A stretch of 64,000 nucleotides of DNA from the human T2T-CHM13v2.0 reference genome, Homo sapiens. Positions 62,351 to 64,000 of this stretch are shown in pieces. Within the stretch, counting starts at the first letter, position 1, and each line of letters starts with the position of its first letter. Position numbers and translations under genes: made by a program. The notes below the pieces were generated by a model that was given only the letters and a program-made list of their open reading frames with translations, had not been told where the DNA came from and ran no database searches. The stretch lies in the NCBI RefSeq assembly GCF_009914755.1, contig NC_060947.1, one strand, 5' to 3'.

Positions 62351-63885
62351 TAAGATCAATATAAAGAAAGAAGCTATTTAGGAGATATGATATGCTACTT
62401 GGGAGAAAACTCTCACTAACTGTCTCACCGGGTTTCAAAGCTTGATACTAAACCATGACTTTACATTCTTTGTATTAAAGATCTTAAAATATTTGAATTC
62501 ACGGGGGATCCCATAGCCCTTTGAAAATTACTTAAAGAATTTAAGAAGCACTATAGAATGGTTACAGAAAAACTTCTTAAGTATCTGTGTAATAGTATTA
62601 TATGCATACTTAAACTACAGAGGGGAAAAGCAAAGACAAATACTTTATTTGGCTGATTATGTTAGATACAAATGTTTCTGAGAAGAGAATACATAATTGA
62701 GTTTAGTGATGCTTTGCTATAGCAAGCAAACCCACTTTTATGCAATTTTAGAAATGGGGCAGGGAAACAAAATGTGGTCATTCATCAGTCACTTAGTCAT
62801 TGAGCCTTTTATATTGTACCTGGAAATTAAATTCCAGCAATGACAAAAGTTTTGTGTATTCATTAAAAGAAAACTAACTGGAAAACAGGTTAGATTAATT
62901 CAGTACTATTAAAAAAGAATTCAGAGCTGTTAATATTTTATCACAGGATAGGATACTTAAAATATAGCATTCTGTGCTGAGGTCTAAGGTGAAGTCTATA
63001 AAGATTAAAGTTCCCTTTTTTCTGATGTTCAAGTTGATTGTTGTTCAGTATGGCATATATGACAAAAGTATATTTGAGTCAAATGTGGCTTTCTAAAATG
63101 GATGCAACATTAGCGTTGCAAACAAAATCAGCACTATATTTCTTAATGATCTAAAGATTAATTTGAGAGAACACAGTTTTCTTAAATATTATAATGTCTA
63201 GAGTTTTTTTAGGACAGTCTTAGCAAGTATGATTGTTCTAGTCTTACTTGCTCTAATGTTTAAAGGTGCAATTTTATGCCATTATTGAAATTGATTTTTA
63301 AAATCTATATACCATATGATTAACATGCATTTTCAATATGAGGCAGTGTTTATGCAGTATTTAACAGAGCAATCTGCTGCCAATAGAGTTTGGAGGTGGA
63401 TATTTAGTTTACAGTGTATAAACTTAAAATATGCATCCCTTTAACAACGCTTTGTGTTAGCATGCTGCAAATCAAAATGGCACTTAATATTAAAAGCTGG
63501 TTTAGGGAAATTTTATGAAAATCCTGTTCATAAATGTAATGCATATGATATGTACTTTTAAGTTTTAGTTGCTTCATGTTTACATTCAGCTGTTCAACAT
63601 AATTAAAATGTAATTTTACTTCATGCTATATTGTGGCTTTGTGTTTCAAATAATGTTCACCTTTCTGTTTTTGCACCAGATAAGAATCAGTTCCTTGAGA
63701 ATAAATTTTTTATCTTTCTTAACTTCAGAATATTAAATTTGGAATATCTACTAAAATTGTGTGTTATGTGGCTGTAAATGATGTACACGCTGTAAAATAA
63801 GATCGCTACTGTTATGTGGGATTATTATTTCTAAATGTTACTCATTGAAATGAGCATACAATAAAAAGCATTTATTGCACTTAAT
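62351..63885 (+). other. ZNF711: ZNF711 3'UTR (AT-rich)
   Basis: Between the stop codon and the distal AATAAA; no recognisable repeats. Confidence 0.8.
63860..63865 (+). terminator. Polyadenylation signal AATAAA (a proximal AATAAA lies at 63700)
   Basis: Followed ~20 nt later by GT/T-rich sequence (ggtttttataagttta). Confidence 0.75.
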
Positions 63886-64000
63886 GGTTTTATAAGTTTA
63901 TTTAAAGTTTCCATATTTTTTATTAAAAGACTTCACTTCAGAGTTACTTAGGCAGATTGGTCCTTTCTTTAATGTCTTGTTGAATTTTGTTCATGAACAA

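Overview
Primate (human or great-ape) X-chromosome DNA, Xq21-like. The right half holds the complete ZNF711 gene (ZFX/ZFY-family C2H2 transcription factor) on the + strand. It has a CpG-island/TATA promoter near 34.8 kb, a GCG/GCA repeat in non-coding exon 1, one or two further 5'UTR exons, eight coding exons (38422..62350; 2424 nt = 807 aa, or 761 aa if the 138-nt exon at 57800 is skipped) and a 3'UTR ending near 63.88 kb. The left half is mostly old retrotransposons: a full MSTB provirus nested in an MLT1 LTR, a 7.5-kb full-length L1MA nested in an older L1, plus L2, MIR and MER58. The unique DNA at 1.5-10.2 kb carries a chain of + strand splice signals that may be a lncRNA or a decayed gene. 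Nearly all short ORFs in the ORF track are repeat-derived or spurious. Repeat subfamily names come from remembered consensus motifs, not from a search. The most notable observations are a zero-spacer L1 inverted repeat in an intron, a recursive-splice-type AG|GT at 5'UTR exon 2, a near-cognate poly-Ala uORF across the GCG repeat, an overlapping uORF at the start codon, and the possible unitary pseudogene.
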